Made by a program: the position numbers and the translations under genes
From: Candidatus Thalassarchaeaceae archaeon
GTDB taxonomy: Archaea > Thermoplasmatota > Poseidoniia > Poseidoniales > Thalassarchaeaceae
Assembly (NCBI GenBank): GCA_045568075.1
Contig: JBJLBP010000001.1
Span: 870,001-902,000 of the forward strand
Reading direction: 5' to 3'
DNA: 32,000 bases
Notes under the pieces: generated by a model
What the model was told of the DNA's origin: nothing
What the model saw: only the letters and a program-made list of their open reading frames with translations
Database searches by the model: none
Shown here: in pieces, positions 17,296 to 26,333 of the stretch
Position numbering within the stretch: the stretch's first letter is position 1
Layout of the letters: each line of letters begins with the position of its first letter

Positions 17296-18667
17296 CTAAT
17301 TCTCCGACATCGTCGATTACAAGTAATTCTGAACCTGCTATCGCGACAAGTGCACCCGATTCCTTGAGCCCTGCTATTCTCACAGGTACGTCTGTACGGG
17401 TGGCTTCTGCCCCCCTAGACAGGGCTCTTGACATCGCAGTCCAGGAGCCTCTTTGCAATTGAGAAGATTCAGGGGTTGCGATAGGAACTGAATCATCGAG
17501 GATGGAAGCGATTGCCGCGTCAACGATTTCGAAAGCACTTACGTCATCAATATCTCCAATGGATTCAGTCCAACCTGCTACATCTCGACCTTCGACATTT
17601 GAGGGATTTTGATTCAGTCCAATTCCAATTCTTACACGGCCGTCTAGTGAACTTGATTCGACGAGAATCCCGCCAGCCTTCCGGCCGTCAATCAATAGAT
17701 CATTCGGCCACTTCAAATCCATTGAGAGAGCATCGGCCACGCACGCACCAACAGCGACCTGCAATAGGCCAGGAGATCGATCGTTCAATACCGATTGATT
17801 AAGACTCCAAGTTGCAGTCAAATCACCTTCTTTGGATTGCCATTGTGAGCCCCTTCGCCCCCGTCCCGATTGTTGAATTCCTGCTCTGATTCTTTGCCAT
17901 CCTTCATTGGGTAACGCGCGTGCATCATCCATTGTTGAATCAGACTCTTCGAGATAATGTGCTTCTGCAGTATCCCCTGGTCTCCAAAAGGCCACAGTCT
18001 CAAGTGTCTCATCACCGACTCTCTCTATTGCTAGACGACGAGAGGACCATCCTTTGAGACTCCAATCAATCGGCGAACTCAGTGATTCGGGGTCTGTTCG
18101 GAAAAGTAGAATGAAAGTCTTGTTTCGAGATTCCCCCTCACTCAATGACTCCAGTAGAATATGAGACCAACCTAGTTCTCCTTCGTCGCCCAGAGCAGCT
18201 TCCTCCAAAGGGCCAAGACTCACCCCTTCCTCAACGGCAGGGTCGAGATATGGTAAATTCCAAACTATGACGTCGGCGTCGGAAGGGATCTTCCAACCTT
18301 CTTCTCCGACACCGCTCTCCTCAACGCGAATAGATTCGGTAACTCCGGCCTCGATAGCGTTGCCTCGGGTCGCTGCAACCGCGATAGGATTGATGTCGAA
18401 AGCAGATACTTTCCATCCAACGAGAGCCATAGCGATTGAGATTGCTCCTGAGCCGCAACCAACTTCGACGAGATGCCCTGGAGGGCACGTCAAACGGGCC
18501 AGACCATCTAACATCAAGCGAGTGTCTCGGCGAGGGGGGTAAACAGTCGGAGGAATCGTGAGTTCGATCACCTCACCGGACGGAATTTTGAATCCTACAG
18601 CCATACTTCGACCGGTAGATGAAATCTCAATCTCCCGTTCAATTTTATCGAATCCCAGCGTAATCAC
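17282..18667 (-). CDS. Fusion: HemK/Mtq2-like SAM methyltransferase (N-terminal) + biotin--protein ligase BirA (C-terminal)
   Basis: The N-terminal half has VYPPRRDTRLM, motif I VEVGCGSGAISIA, and motif IV VIVWNLPYLDP (an NPPY variant). The C-terminal half has QQSGRGRRGSQWQS (GRGRxGRxW), LKWPNDLLIDGRKAGGILVES, and a short SH3-like tail. Confidence 0.85.
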   Translation of the reverse strand: MITLGFDKIEREIEISSTGRSMAVGFKIPSGEVIELTIPPTVYPPRRDTRLMLDGLARLTCPPGHLVEVGCGSGAISIAMALVGWKVSAFDINPIAVAATRGNAIEAGVTESIRVEESGVGEEGWKIPSDADVIVWNLPYLDPAVEEGVSLGPLEEAALGDEGELGWSHILLESLSEGESRNKTFILLFRTDPESLSSPIDWSLKGWSSRRLAIERVGDETLETVAFWRPGDTAEAHYLEESDSTMDDARALPNEGWQRIRAGIQQSGRGRRGSQWQSKEGDLTATWSLNQSVLNDRSPGLLQVAVGACVADALSMDLKWPNDLLIDGRKAGGILVESSSLDGRVRIGIGLNQNPSNVEGRDVAGWTESIGDIDDVSAFEIVDAAIASILDDSVPIATPESSQLQRGSWTAMSRALSRGAEATRTDVPVRIAGLKESGALVAIAGSELLVIDDVGELVISF

Positions 18668-18823
18668 CCCTAATTCGCAAACCTTTATTCATACCAGCCC
18701 AGACTTGGGATTCGCCCTCCCCGTCCCCGAGGGGGGCTAACGGTCCAGCCGTGCCTATGCTATGCATAGACCGTCACTTTCTTAAACACCCCCTCGGTCG
18801 GCGGAGAGCCCAGCATTAGCCAT

Positions 18824-18897
18824 GGGCCTGTAGCTTAGTCAGGTAGAGCGCCGGGCTTTTAACCCGGTGGCCGGGGGTTCGAATCCCCCCAGGCCCG
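18824..18897 (+). tRNA. tRNA-Lys (anticodon UUU)
   Basis: Cloverleaf read by hand: acceptor GGGCCTG/CAGGCCC, D arm GCTT-AGTCAGGTA-GAGC, anticodon stem CCGGG/CCCGG with loop CTTTTAA, T arm GGGGG-TTCGAAT-CCCCC, discriminator G. No intron, and no encoded CCA. Confidence 0.92.
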
Positions 18898-18921
18898 CCT
18901 GACAAAGCCTCAGGCTAGCGG

Positions 18922-18926
18922 TTTTT
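18922..18926 (+). terminator. T5 tract downstream of tRNA-Lys
   Basis: GCGGTTTTTCTGG lies 25 nt after the tRNA 3' end and 22 nt before the rpoH ATG. It may be an oligo-T terminator or pause site. Confidence 0.3.
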
Positions 18927-18947
18927 CTGGGTCCGGGGGCGGCGCGA

Positions 18948-19535
18948 ATGGCAGTAAAGAGTTCAACAAAGAAGCGTCTAGTCGAGTTGGGTATTGATAC
19001 CGATCATGCTCACAAACTCGCCGACGACGCAAACATGGATGCAATCAAGCGAATGACAGTTGAGGAGGTCGCAGAGAAAACCGGCCTCTCAACGAGTGAT
19101 GCGACACTCGAGAATATCATGTCCATCATCAGGGAACACAACACTTCCCGTCGCCGAAGCCGTTCCGGCCGAATTACAATTTCTCGCAAGGCACTCGAAC
19201 TCATGGACATCCCTCAGGGTGATGCCCGGTTCAACGTCCTCAACCACTTCCTTGTCCCTCACCATGAATTGGTGGATTCCGACAAAGAAGCAGAATCTCT
19301 CGCTCCTTGGGGACTTGAAGTCCCAGATAACGAGGGAGGCACTCGTATCGCCAAGGAATTACTCCCCAAGATCCTCATCACTGACCCAGCAGTCCAAGCC
19401 ATCAAGGAACATATCGAGGCAGAAGCCGACGATCTTCCTGCTGGCTGGCTGACAAATAGAATTGTCAGAGTGGTGCGATATAGCCGAGCAGCTGGCTCAA
19501 GCACTGCTTACCGACTAATCGTGGAGAGCGCTTGA
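18948..19535 (+). CDS. rpoH: RNA polymerase subunit H (Rpo5) with a ~90-aa N-terminal extension
   Basis: The C-terminal ~100 aa carry RpoH hallmarks: HFLVPHHELV, LPKILITDPAVQAI, VVRYSRAAGSSTAYRLIV. The N-terminal extension has an HhH-like segment, KKRLVELGIDTDHAHKLADD. Confidence 0.88.
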   Translation: MAVKSSTKKRLVELGIDTDHAHKLADDANMDAIKRMTVEEVAEKTGLSTSDATLENIMSIIREHNTSRRRSRSGRITISRKALELMDIPQGDARFNVLNHFLVPHHELVDSDKEAESLAPWGLEVPDNEGGTRIAKELLPKILITDPAVQAIKEHIEAEADDLPAGWLTNRIVRVVRYSRAAGSSTAYRLIVESA

Positions 19536-19548
19536 AGGAGTTGAGAAA

Positions 19549-22500
19549 ATGAAGGAAATTGTAGAGAGTTACTTTCAGCAAAGAAGTCTGGTCAATCACC
19601 AGCTCGCATCGTATAACGACTGTATTCCATCCACCGATGGAAAACTAAGCCGGATGGAGAAAATCGTCCGTAACATTCGCATCGGAACCGACGAACCCGT
19701 CGAGGATGATGATGGTGGAATCATCAAACTCGACGTTCTAGACCATGAGATTGTCATCCGAATGAAGAATATTCATCTTGGCCGCCCAACCATTCGTGAG
19801 GCCAATGGAGCCGAGCATCCAGCAACTCCGCTGGAGTGTCGTCTTCGTAAGTTGACTTACTATTCCCCAGTCTACCTTGATTTCCAGATAATCCGTGACG
19901 ACAAGCCAGTCCCGGATATCGAAGATCGCGTCCACGTCGGTAACCTGCCGATCATGGTTCGCTCTGGTCAGTGCAACCTGCACTCCGACCACATCTCTCA
20001 TCTCTGTGGAGATGCAGACCGCAAACTCTCGCCTCAGACTTCGGCTGAGGACGCAGACCGTTTGACTGAACTCTTGCGCCGAGCCGGTGAGGACCCTTTG
20101 GATCCAGGCGGCTATTTCATCATTAACGGAACCGAGCGTGTCCTCATCTCGATGGAAGATCTAGCACCTAACCGAGTTACTGTTGAGAAGAACAAGAAGT
20201 ACGCTCACGAGACTGAAGTCGCCAAGATCTTCTCACAGAAAGACGGTGTTCGCAAGCCTCTCAATATTGAGAAGCGCCGCGATGGAATGCTGATGGTTAA
20301 GATCCCAAGTGCGGGAACTACGCCAATCCCAGTCGTTCTACTAATGCGTTCTCTAGGTATGGAGAACGACAAGGAGATTTTCACCGCGATTGCAGGTCCT
20401 GCAGAGGCGATGAAGTACACAGTTGCCAACCTCAATGAGGTCAAGGACAACGAAGAATACAATGTCGAAACCTCTGAAGAGGCTCTACAGTGGCTCGAGA
20501 AGAAGTTCGCTGCTGGTCAGCAGAAGGAATACCGTGAGGCTCGAATCCAGAACCTCCTCGACAAGGAACTTCTTCCTCACCTCGGTTCTGGACCCGAGTA
20601 TCGCGAGAAGAAGGCAGTTTTCCTCGGACGCATCGTCCGCCAAGTCCTTGAGATGGCTATCACTAACCGTGATCCTAACGACAAGGACCACTACGCAAAC
20701 AAGCGTGTTCGTCTTGCTGGAGATCTAGTCGAGGACCTTTTCCGCGTCAGTCTACAACAACTCGCTCGTGACCTCAAGTACCAACTAGAGCGTCATCACA
20801 ACCGCAAGCGCGAGTTGCGAATCAACGCCTGCCTACGACCTGACGTGCTGACACAGAAGATCATGCACGCGCTTGCAACTGGCAACTGGGTTGGTGGCCG
20901 ATCGGGTGTCAGTCAACTACTCGACCGTACTACTTACCTCGCAGCACTATCACATATGCGTCGCGTGACCAGCCCACTGGTCCGCAGCCAACCTCACTTC
21001 GAGGCTCGTGACCTGCACCCTACACATTGGGGCCGACTCTGTCCAAACGAGACTCCTGAGGGTCAGAACTGCGGTCTTGTGAAGAACGCTGCTCAGATGA
21101 TCGACGTCTCCGAAGAAGTCCGCGAAGACGACGTCAAGGAACTCCTTCGAGAAGCTGGTGTTGACTCATCTCCATCTGGCTGGGCCGAGGGATCTCGTGT
21201 CCACGTAAACGGAGACATCTTCGGTCTGCACAAGAATGCGGCGAAGTTGGTTAACCAATTCAAGCGCCGACGCCGACAAGGAAGGATCCGATCAGAGGTC
21301 AGTATCCGCCACGATGGTGCGAACCGTGACATTTTCATCAACACCGATCGAGGGCGAATCCTGCGCCCTCTCCTCGTCCTTGACGATGGTGATCTGACAC
21401 TCTCAAAGGAACACCTAGAGTTCATTCGCTCCGGCGAATGGACCTTCAACGATCTCGTCGCAAACGGAGTCGTTGAGTGGGTCGACGCTGAAGAGGAAGA
21501 AGACCTTCTTGTCGCTCCTCGTCCATTCGATCTACCTATGGAATCGCCAGAACACGGTCGACCAATCAATCCAGCAGCAGTGGAATGGGTTAACCTTGGA
21601 CAAGAACAAATCACTGAGGCTGAACTCCGCGTCGAGGTCAAGTTGCCTAATGGTGACGCGGTTTTCGAAGAGTTCAGTGTTCCTCTAAAGTACTACCAAG
21701 AGGATGTTGATACTCTCCGCCGAAAGCAGAAGAGGAACAATACTGTCCTCGTCTACACGCACGTGGAGATTGATCCGCAACTCATTCTCGGAGTTTGTGC
21801 ATCCCTTGTTCCATATCCGGAACACAATTCCACGCCGAGAGTTACCGGTGGTACTGCGATGGTCAAGCAGAGCCTTGGCCTACCGAGCGCCAATTACCGT
21901 TTGCGCCCTGACACACGTATGCACGTAATGCATTATCCTCAGCAGTCGATTGTCGGTACTCGTTCGATGAAGACAACGAACTTCGCTCAGCGCCCTGGTG
22001 GCCAGAATTTCGTGGTCGCGATTCTCAGCCACCACGGCTACAACATGCAAGACGCCGTGGTCATTAACCGAGCTGCAGTTGAGCGTTCGCTCGCCCGCTC
22101 ATCCTTCATCCGCACATATAATGCTGAAAACAAGCAATTCCCAGGCGGCCAAAAGGAGCAAATCGAGATTCCAGGAACAGGACTTGACGAGGTCAAGGGA
22201 ATGAAGTCATGGGAGAAATATACTCACCTCGAGCGTGACGGTCTCCCTACTCCTGAGACTCACCTCTCAAGCGTAGGCGGAGAGACTAGCGTGCTTGTTG
22301 GTAAGACCAGTCCTCCTCGATTCCTTGAGGAGTCACATGGTCACTTCCTGCAAGCTCAGGAACGCCGTGAGTCCTCTATGATGGTCAGAAACGGGGAGTC
22401 TGGCTGGGTCGACAATGTGTTTGTCACCGAGTCGCTCGATTCTGGTCTTCTTTGCCGCATTTCTCTGCGAACTGAAAAGATCCCTGAACTTGGTGACAAA

Positions 22501-23235
22501 TTCGCCAGTCGTCACGGACAGAAGGGTATCATTGGTCGCCTTGTCGACGAGAAGGATATGCCATTCACCACCGATGGAATCGTCCCTGATCTCATCATCA
22601 ATCCTCACGCGATTCCATCGCGAATGACCGTCGCCCACGTCCTTGAGATGATCGGCGGCAAGGTCGGAGCAATGGAAGGACGCAAAATCGATGGTACTGC
22701 CTTTAGTGGAGAGAAGGAAGAGTCACTCCGCTCAGGCTTGCTGCGAAATGGTCTCGCGCACACTGGTCGTGAACCGATGGTCAGTGGGGAGACTGGAGAG
22801 GCATTCACTGCTGACATCTTCACTGGAGTCATCTTCTACCAGCGATTGCATCACTTGGTGAGCAGTAAGTTGCACGCCCGCAGTCGCGGTCGTGTGCAGA
22901 TTCTCACCCGTCAACCAACCGAGGGTCGTGCACGACAGGGTGGTCTACGATTCGGAGAAATGGAGCGCGATTGTCTGATTGCGCACGGAGCCTCGATGGT
23001 CATCAAGGACAGACTACTTGACGAGTCTGACGGCTGGCCACTGATGGTGTGTAACAACAGTGGTTGTGGTCACATCGCTTACTATGATTGGAAGAGGCGC
23101 ACTCCAGTGTGCCCTGTATGTGGTGACCGAGCAGATGTGCATTCGGTACAGACTTCCTACGCATTCAAGCTACTTCTGGACGAAATGAAAAGTCTTGGAG
23201 TTGCTATGCGACTTGAACTGGAGGACCAAAGATGA
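19549..23235 (+). CDS. rpoB: RNA polymerase subunit B (unsplit Rpo2)
   Basis: 1228 aa. Motifs present: GYFIINGTERVLIS, PNETPEGQNCGLVKNA, SRHGQKGI, GEMERDCLIAHGA, and the C-terminal zinc motif CNNSGCG...CPVCG. AAGGAG lies upstream of the ATG. Confidence 0.97.
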   Translation: MKEIVESYFQQRSLVNHQLASYNDCIPSTDGKLSRMEKIVRNIRIGTDEPVEDDDGGIIKLDVLDHEIVIRMKNIHLGRPTIREANGAEHPATPLECRLRKLTYYSPVYLDFQIIRDDKPVPDIEDRVHVGNLPIMVRSGQCNLHSDHISHLCGDADRKLSPQTSAEDADRLTELLRRAGEDPLDPGGYFIINGTERVLISMEDLAPNRVTVEKNKKYAHETEVAKIFSQKDGVRKPLNIEKRRDGMLMVKIPSAGTTPIPVVLLMRSLGMENDKEIFTAIAGPAEAMKYTVANLNEVKDNEEYNVETSEEALQWLEKKFAAGQQKEYREARIQNLLDKELLPHLGSGPEYREKKAVFLGRIVRQVLEMAITNRDPNDKDHYANKRVRLAGDLVEDLFRVSLQQLARDLKYQLERHHNRKRELRINACLRPDVLTQKIMHALATGNWVGGRSGVSQLLDRTTYLAALSHMRRVTSPLVRSQPHFEARDLHPTHWGRLCPNETPEGQNCGLVKNAAQMIDVSEEVREDDVKELLREAGVDSSPSGWAEGSRVHVNGDIFGLHKNAAKLVNQFKRRRRQGRIRSEVSIRHDGANRDIFINTDRGRILRPLLVLDDGDLTLSKEHLEFIRSGEWTFNDLVANGVVEWVDAEEEEDLLVAPRPFDLPMESPEHGRPINPAAVEWVNLGQEQITEAELRVEVKLPNGDAVFEEFSVPLKYYQEDVDTLRRKQKRNNTVLVYTHVEIDPQLILGVCASLVPYPEHNSTPRVTGGTAMVKQSLGLPSANYRLRPDTRMHVMHYPQQSIVGTRSMKTTNFAQRPGGQNFVVAILSHHGYNMQDAVVINRAAVERSLARSSFIRTYNAENKQFPGGQKEQIEIPGTGLDEVKGMKSWEKYTHLERDGLPTPETHLSSVGGETSVLVGKTSPPRFLEESHGHFLQAQERRESSMMVRNGESGWVDNVFVTESLDSGLLCRISLRTEKIPELGDKFASRHGQKGIIGRLVDEKDMPFTTDGIVPDLIINPHAIPSRMTVAHVLEMIGGKVGAMEGRKIDGTAFSGEKEESLRSGLLRNGLAHTGREPMVSGETGEAFTADIFTGVIFYQRLHHLVSSKLHARSRGRVQILTRQPTEGRARQGGLRFGEMERDCLIAHGASMVIKDRLLDESDGWPLMVCNNSGCGHIAYYDWKRRTPVCPVCGDRADVHSVQTSYAFKLLLDEMKSLGVAMRLELEDQR

Positions 23236-26200
23236 GCGCCCGTGGAGTAGCCCAAATCCCTAAGAGGATCGATTCGATAAAATTCAGCTTGATGGATCCA
23301 AATGAGATCCGCAAGATGTCGGCCGTCGAGGTGAAGACTGCTGATACCTACAAGGACGACGGTCACGCATACAAGCAAGGTCTGATGGACCCTAAGATGG
23401 GTGTTATCGACCCTGGAATCCGTTGTGAGACCTGCGGGAATAAGCACGACGAGTGCCCGAGTCACTTCGGTCACATCGCACTTGAGCTTCCAGTGATGCA
23501 CATCGGATTCACGATGCTAATCAAGACCTCACTGAAGTCTACCTGCAATGAGTGCAGCCACATTCTGCTACACAGCGCAACCGACACTCACCCCCTCGAC
23601 CCAGAAAAGTCCGAGCAGGACTACTACCGAGACCGAGTATACGACGTAATGCGCAAGCACGGAGTTGGCTCGACTGAATTCAAGAAGATCATCAAGGAAA
23701 TTGAGAAGGAGTGCTCAAGCGCCAAGCGCGCTATATGCATGCACTGTGGGTCTGAGCAAGGCAAGATCATGCTCGACAAGCCTACCACCTTCAAGGAGAA
23801 GAAGTCCGACAAGGGTGAGCACAAGTTGAACGCTCGTGATATCCGTGAGTGGCTCGAGAAGATTCCTGACCAGCACCTGATATTCCTAGGAATGGACAGT
23901 GAATCAAGCCGTCCAGAATGGTCAATCATGAAGGTTCTACCAGTTCCTCCGATTACCGTCCGTCCTTCGATTACACTCGATAGCGGCGATCGTTCCGAGG
24001 ATGACTTGACTCACAAGTTGGTCGACGTCCTGCGAATCAACCAGCGTCTACGTGAGAACCGTGACGCTGGTGCACCACAACTGATTGTCGAGGACTTGTG
24101 GGAATTGCTTCAGTACCACGTCACTACTTACTTCGATAACCAGACTAGTGGAATTCCACCCGCTCGACACCGCTCCGGTCGTCCTCTCAAGACACTTTCA
24201 CAGCGCTTGAAGGGCAAGGAAGGTCGCTTCCGTAGCAACCTTTCCGGAAAGCGCGTGAACTTCTGCGCTCGAACAGTCATCAGCCCAGATCCTAACCTCG
24301 GAATCAACGAGGTTGGTGTACCAGTACACACGGCGAAGGAACTCACAGTTCCAATCCGTGCTACAAGCAGAAATCGCGAACAACTTCGCCGAATGATTCT
24401 GCGCGGACCTGATGTTCACCCTGGTGTGAATTACATCATCCGTGGTGACAACTTCCGCGTTCGAATTACCGATCGAACGAAGTACATTTGGGCTGGATTC
24501 CGATGCCTCAACCCAGACTGCCACTCAGGCAGCGAGGACGAGCCATACGTCGGATACCGACCCGATCTGAATACTGTTCTTCCAGCACCAAACTTCCTTC
24601 CAGGCCTCGAGCTGATGAAGCAGATGCGCCGAACAGAACTCGGAGAATTGGAAGAAATTTGGTCGGTCGACCTTGAATCTACCATCTCGAATCTACGAGG
24701 AGAGGACGCTAACGGTCGACCTCTCGCTGAAGACGATCCAGCTGCAACTATCCACCAGCGTTGGGTCTGGGAGCAGAACCACCCTGACGAATACTTGCCA
24801 GATCACCTCGAAGTGAACTGCCCTCACTGTGGCAGTCCGTCTATCGCAGATGAACAGAGCGAGGAAGTCTACCGCACTGAGGTCGAAGACCGTCTGTCAA
24901 CTTACGATAGGGATGGAAACCCTCGCCCTGGAGTAATTGTCGAGCGCCACCTAATCGATGGCGATGTCGCGATCTTCAACCGGCAGCCATCGTTGCACAG
25001 AATGTCGATGCTTGTCCACGAAGTCCGTGTAATGGCTGGGAAGACGTTCCGCTTCAACCTCGCCGATTGTACTCCATACAACGCTGACTTCGACGGTGAC
25101 GAGATGAACCTCCACGTCATCCAGTCCGAAGAGGCACGCGCTGAGGCCAAGATTCTGATGCGTGTACAGGAGCATATCATCACACCTCGATACGGAGGTG
25201 CAGTCATCGGTGGAATCCACGATCACATTTCTGGTGCATACCTGCTGACTCACGGCGAGAGAATCATCCCGAAGGTTCTCGCCATGGAAATTCTAGGATC
25301 AGTCGCTTGGGATGGAGAACTTCCTGCTGAAACCACCAGTAAGAGTGGAGTCGTTGGATATCTCGGCTCCGATCTTCTGGGTCTTATTGTTCCAGCTGGC
25401 TTCAAACTAGAGTACACAAGCCGAAGCGGCGACCAAGTCAAGGTCACCTCAGACGGAAGCGTCAGTGGCACTATCGACAAGCGCGGAATCGGTGCAGAAG
25501 ATGGACGTCTACTTGATGCGGTTGTACAGACTCATGGTACCAACAGCGGTGCAGAGTTCATCAACCGCATGACAAAGATGACCATCGCGATTTGTACCTC
25601 GAGTGGTTTTACCACAGGAATTGACGACGAAGATCTACCTGCAGTGGCAAAGGCGGAAATCGTAGAAATCAATTCGCGCGCAAGCGAAGAAGTTGATGCT
25701 GAACTCGAAAAGTTCGGTAAAGATGGTCGACGCTATGAGACTCGCCCTGGTCGAACACCAATAGAGACTCTTGAGGAGAATATCCTGCAGATTCTCGATT
25801 CTGCTAAGGCCGAATCAGGTAACGTTGCGAAGACCTACCTTGGAGACGATAACTCGGCTGTCCTCATGGCAACCTCAGGAGCTCGTGGTTCGATGGACAA
25901 CCTAGCTATGATGGCAGGTTCTATCGGTCAGCCAAAGGTTCGTGGAAAGCGCCTTGAGCGTGGTTACCAAGACCGTGTTCTCTCTCACTTCCCTCGTGGA
26001 GTGAAGGGTGCTGAGGAGAAGGGATTCGTCGCTTCTTCCTTCAAGAAGGGACTCGAGCCTACAGAGTTCTTCATGCTCTCAGTCTCCGGACGTGAGTCGC
26101 TTGTCGACACTGCGGTTCGAACCTCAAAGTCAGGTTACATGCAGCGCCGGCTGATCAACGCAATGGACGACCTCAAGGTCGCCAATGATGGGTTTGGATC

Positions 26201-26333
26201 GGTTCGTAACACTGCTGACCGAATCATCCAATTCGAGTATGGTGAGGATGGAATCGACCCAGCGCGTAGTCGCAAGGGTCTACCATTCGACATCACTAAG
26301 GTTCTCGATGACGCCCTCGGGGGTGGTAAGTGA
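23232..26333 (+). CDS. rpoA1: RNA polymerase subunit A' (Rpo1N)
   Basis: 1033 aa. N-terminal zinc motifs [17 protein letters not shown], plus [21 protein letters not shown], and the catalytic [10 protein letters not shown]. The ATG overlaps the rpoB stop (ATGA). The gene contains a ~120-150-aa insertion (see findings). Confidence 0.97.
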   Translation: MSARGVAQIPKRIDSIKFSLMDPNEIRKMSAVEVKTADTYKDDGHAYKQGLMDPKMGVIDPGIRCETCGNKHDECPSHFGHIALELPVMHIGFTMLIKTSLKSTCNECSHILLHSATDTHPLDPEKSEQDYYRDRVYDVMRKHGVGSTEFKKIIKEIEKECSSAKRAICMHCGSEQGKIMLDKPTTFKEKKSDKGEHKLNARDIREWLEKIPDQHLIFLGMDSESSRPEWSIMKVLPVPPITVRPSITLDSGDRSEDDLTHKLVDVLRINQRLRENRDAGAPQLIVEDLWELLQYHVTTYFDNQTSGIPPARHRSGRPLKTLSQRLKGKEGRFRSNLSGKRVNFCARTVISPDPNLGINEVGVPVHTAKELTVPIRATSRNREQLRRMILRGPDVHPGVNYIIRGDNFRVRITDRTKYIWAGFRCLNPDCHSGSEDEPYVGYRPDLNTVLPAPNFLPGLELMKQMRRTELGELEEIWSVDLESTISNLRGEDANGRPLAEDDPAATIHQRWVWEQNHPDEYLPDHLEVNCPHCGSPSIADEQSEEVYRTEVEDRLSTYDRDGNPRPGVIVERHLIDGDVAIFNRQPSLHRMSMLVHEVRVMAGKTFRFNLADCTPYNADFDGDEMNLHVIQSEEARAEAKILMRVQEHIITPRYGGAVIGGIHDHISGAYLLTHGERIIPKVLAMEILGSVAWDGELPAETTSKSGVVGYLGSDLLGLIVPAGFKLEYTSRSGDQVKVTSDGSVSGTIDKRGIGAEDGRLLDAVVQTHGTNSGAEFINRMTKMTIAICTSSGFTTGIDDEDLPAVAKAEIVEINSRASEEVDAELEKFGKDGRRYETRPGRTPIETLEENILQILDSAKAESGNVAKTYLGDDNSAVLMATSGARGSMDNLAMMAGSIGQPKVRGKRLERGYQDRVLSHFPRGVKGAEEKGFVASSFKKGLEPTEFFMLSVSGRESLVDTAVRTSKSGYMQRRLINAMDDLKVANDGFGSVRNTADRIIQFEYGEDGIDPARSRKGLPFDITKVLDDALGGGK

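Noticed and set aside
18668-18947. tRNA-Lys flank as an integration site for a mobile element
   Set aside because: There is no integrase, no direct repeat of the tRNA 3' end, and the flanks are core genes (the birA fusion and rpoH). The 10-bp palindrome CTATGCATAG near 18760 is too short to interpret.
21093-21641. 182-aa minus-strand ORF inside rpoB (and similar shadow ORFs inside rpoA', rpoA'', pccB, the cyt b fusion, and others)
   Set aside because: It is antisense to a gene with unambiguous conserved motifs. It is Ser/Arg-rich and has no start context.
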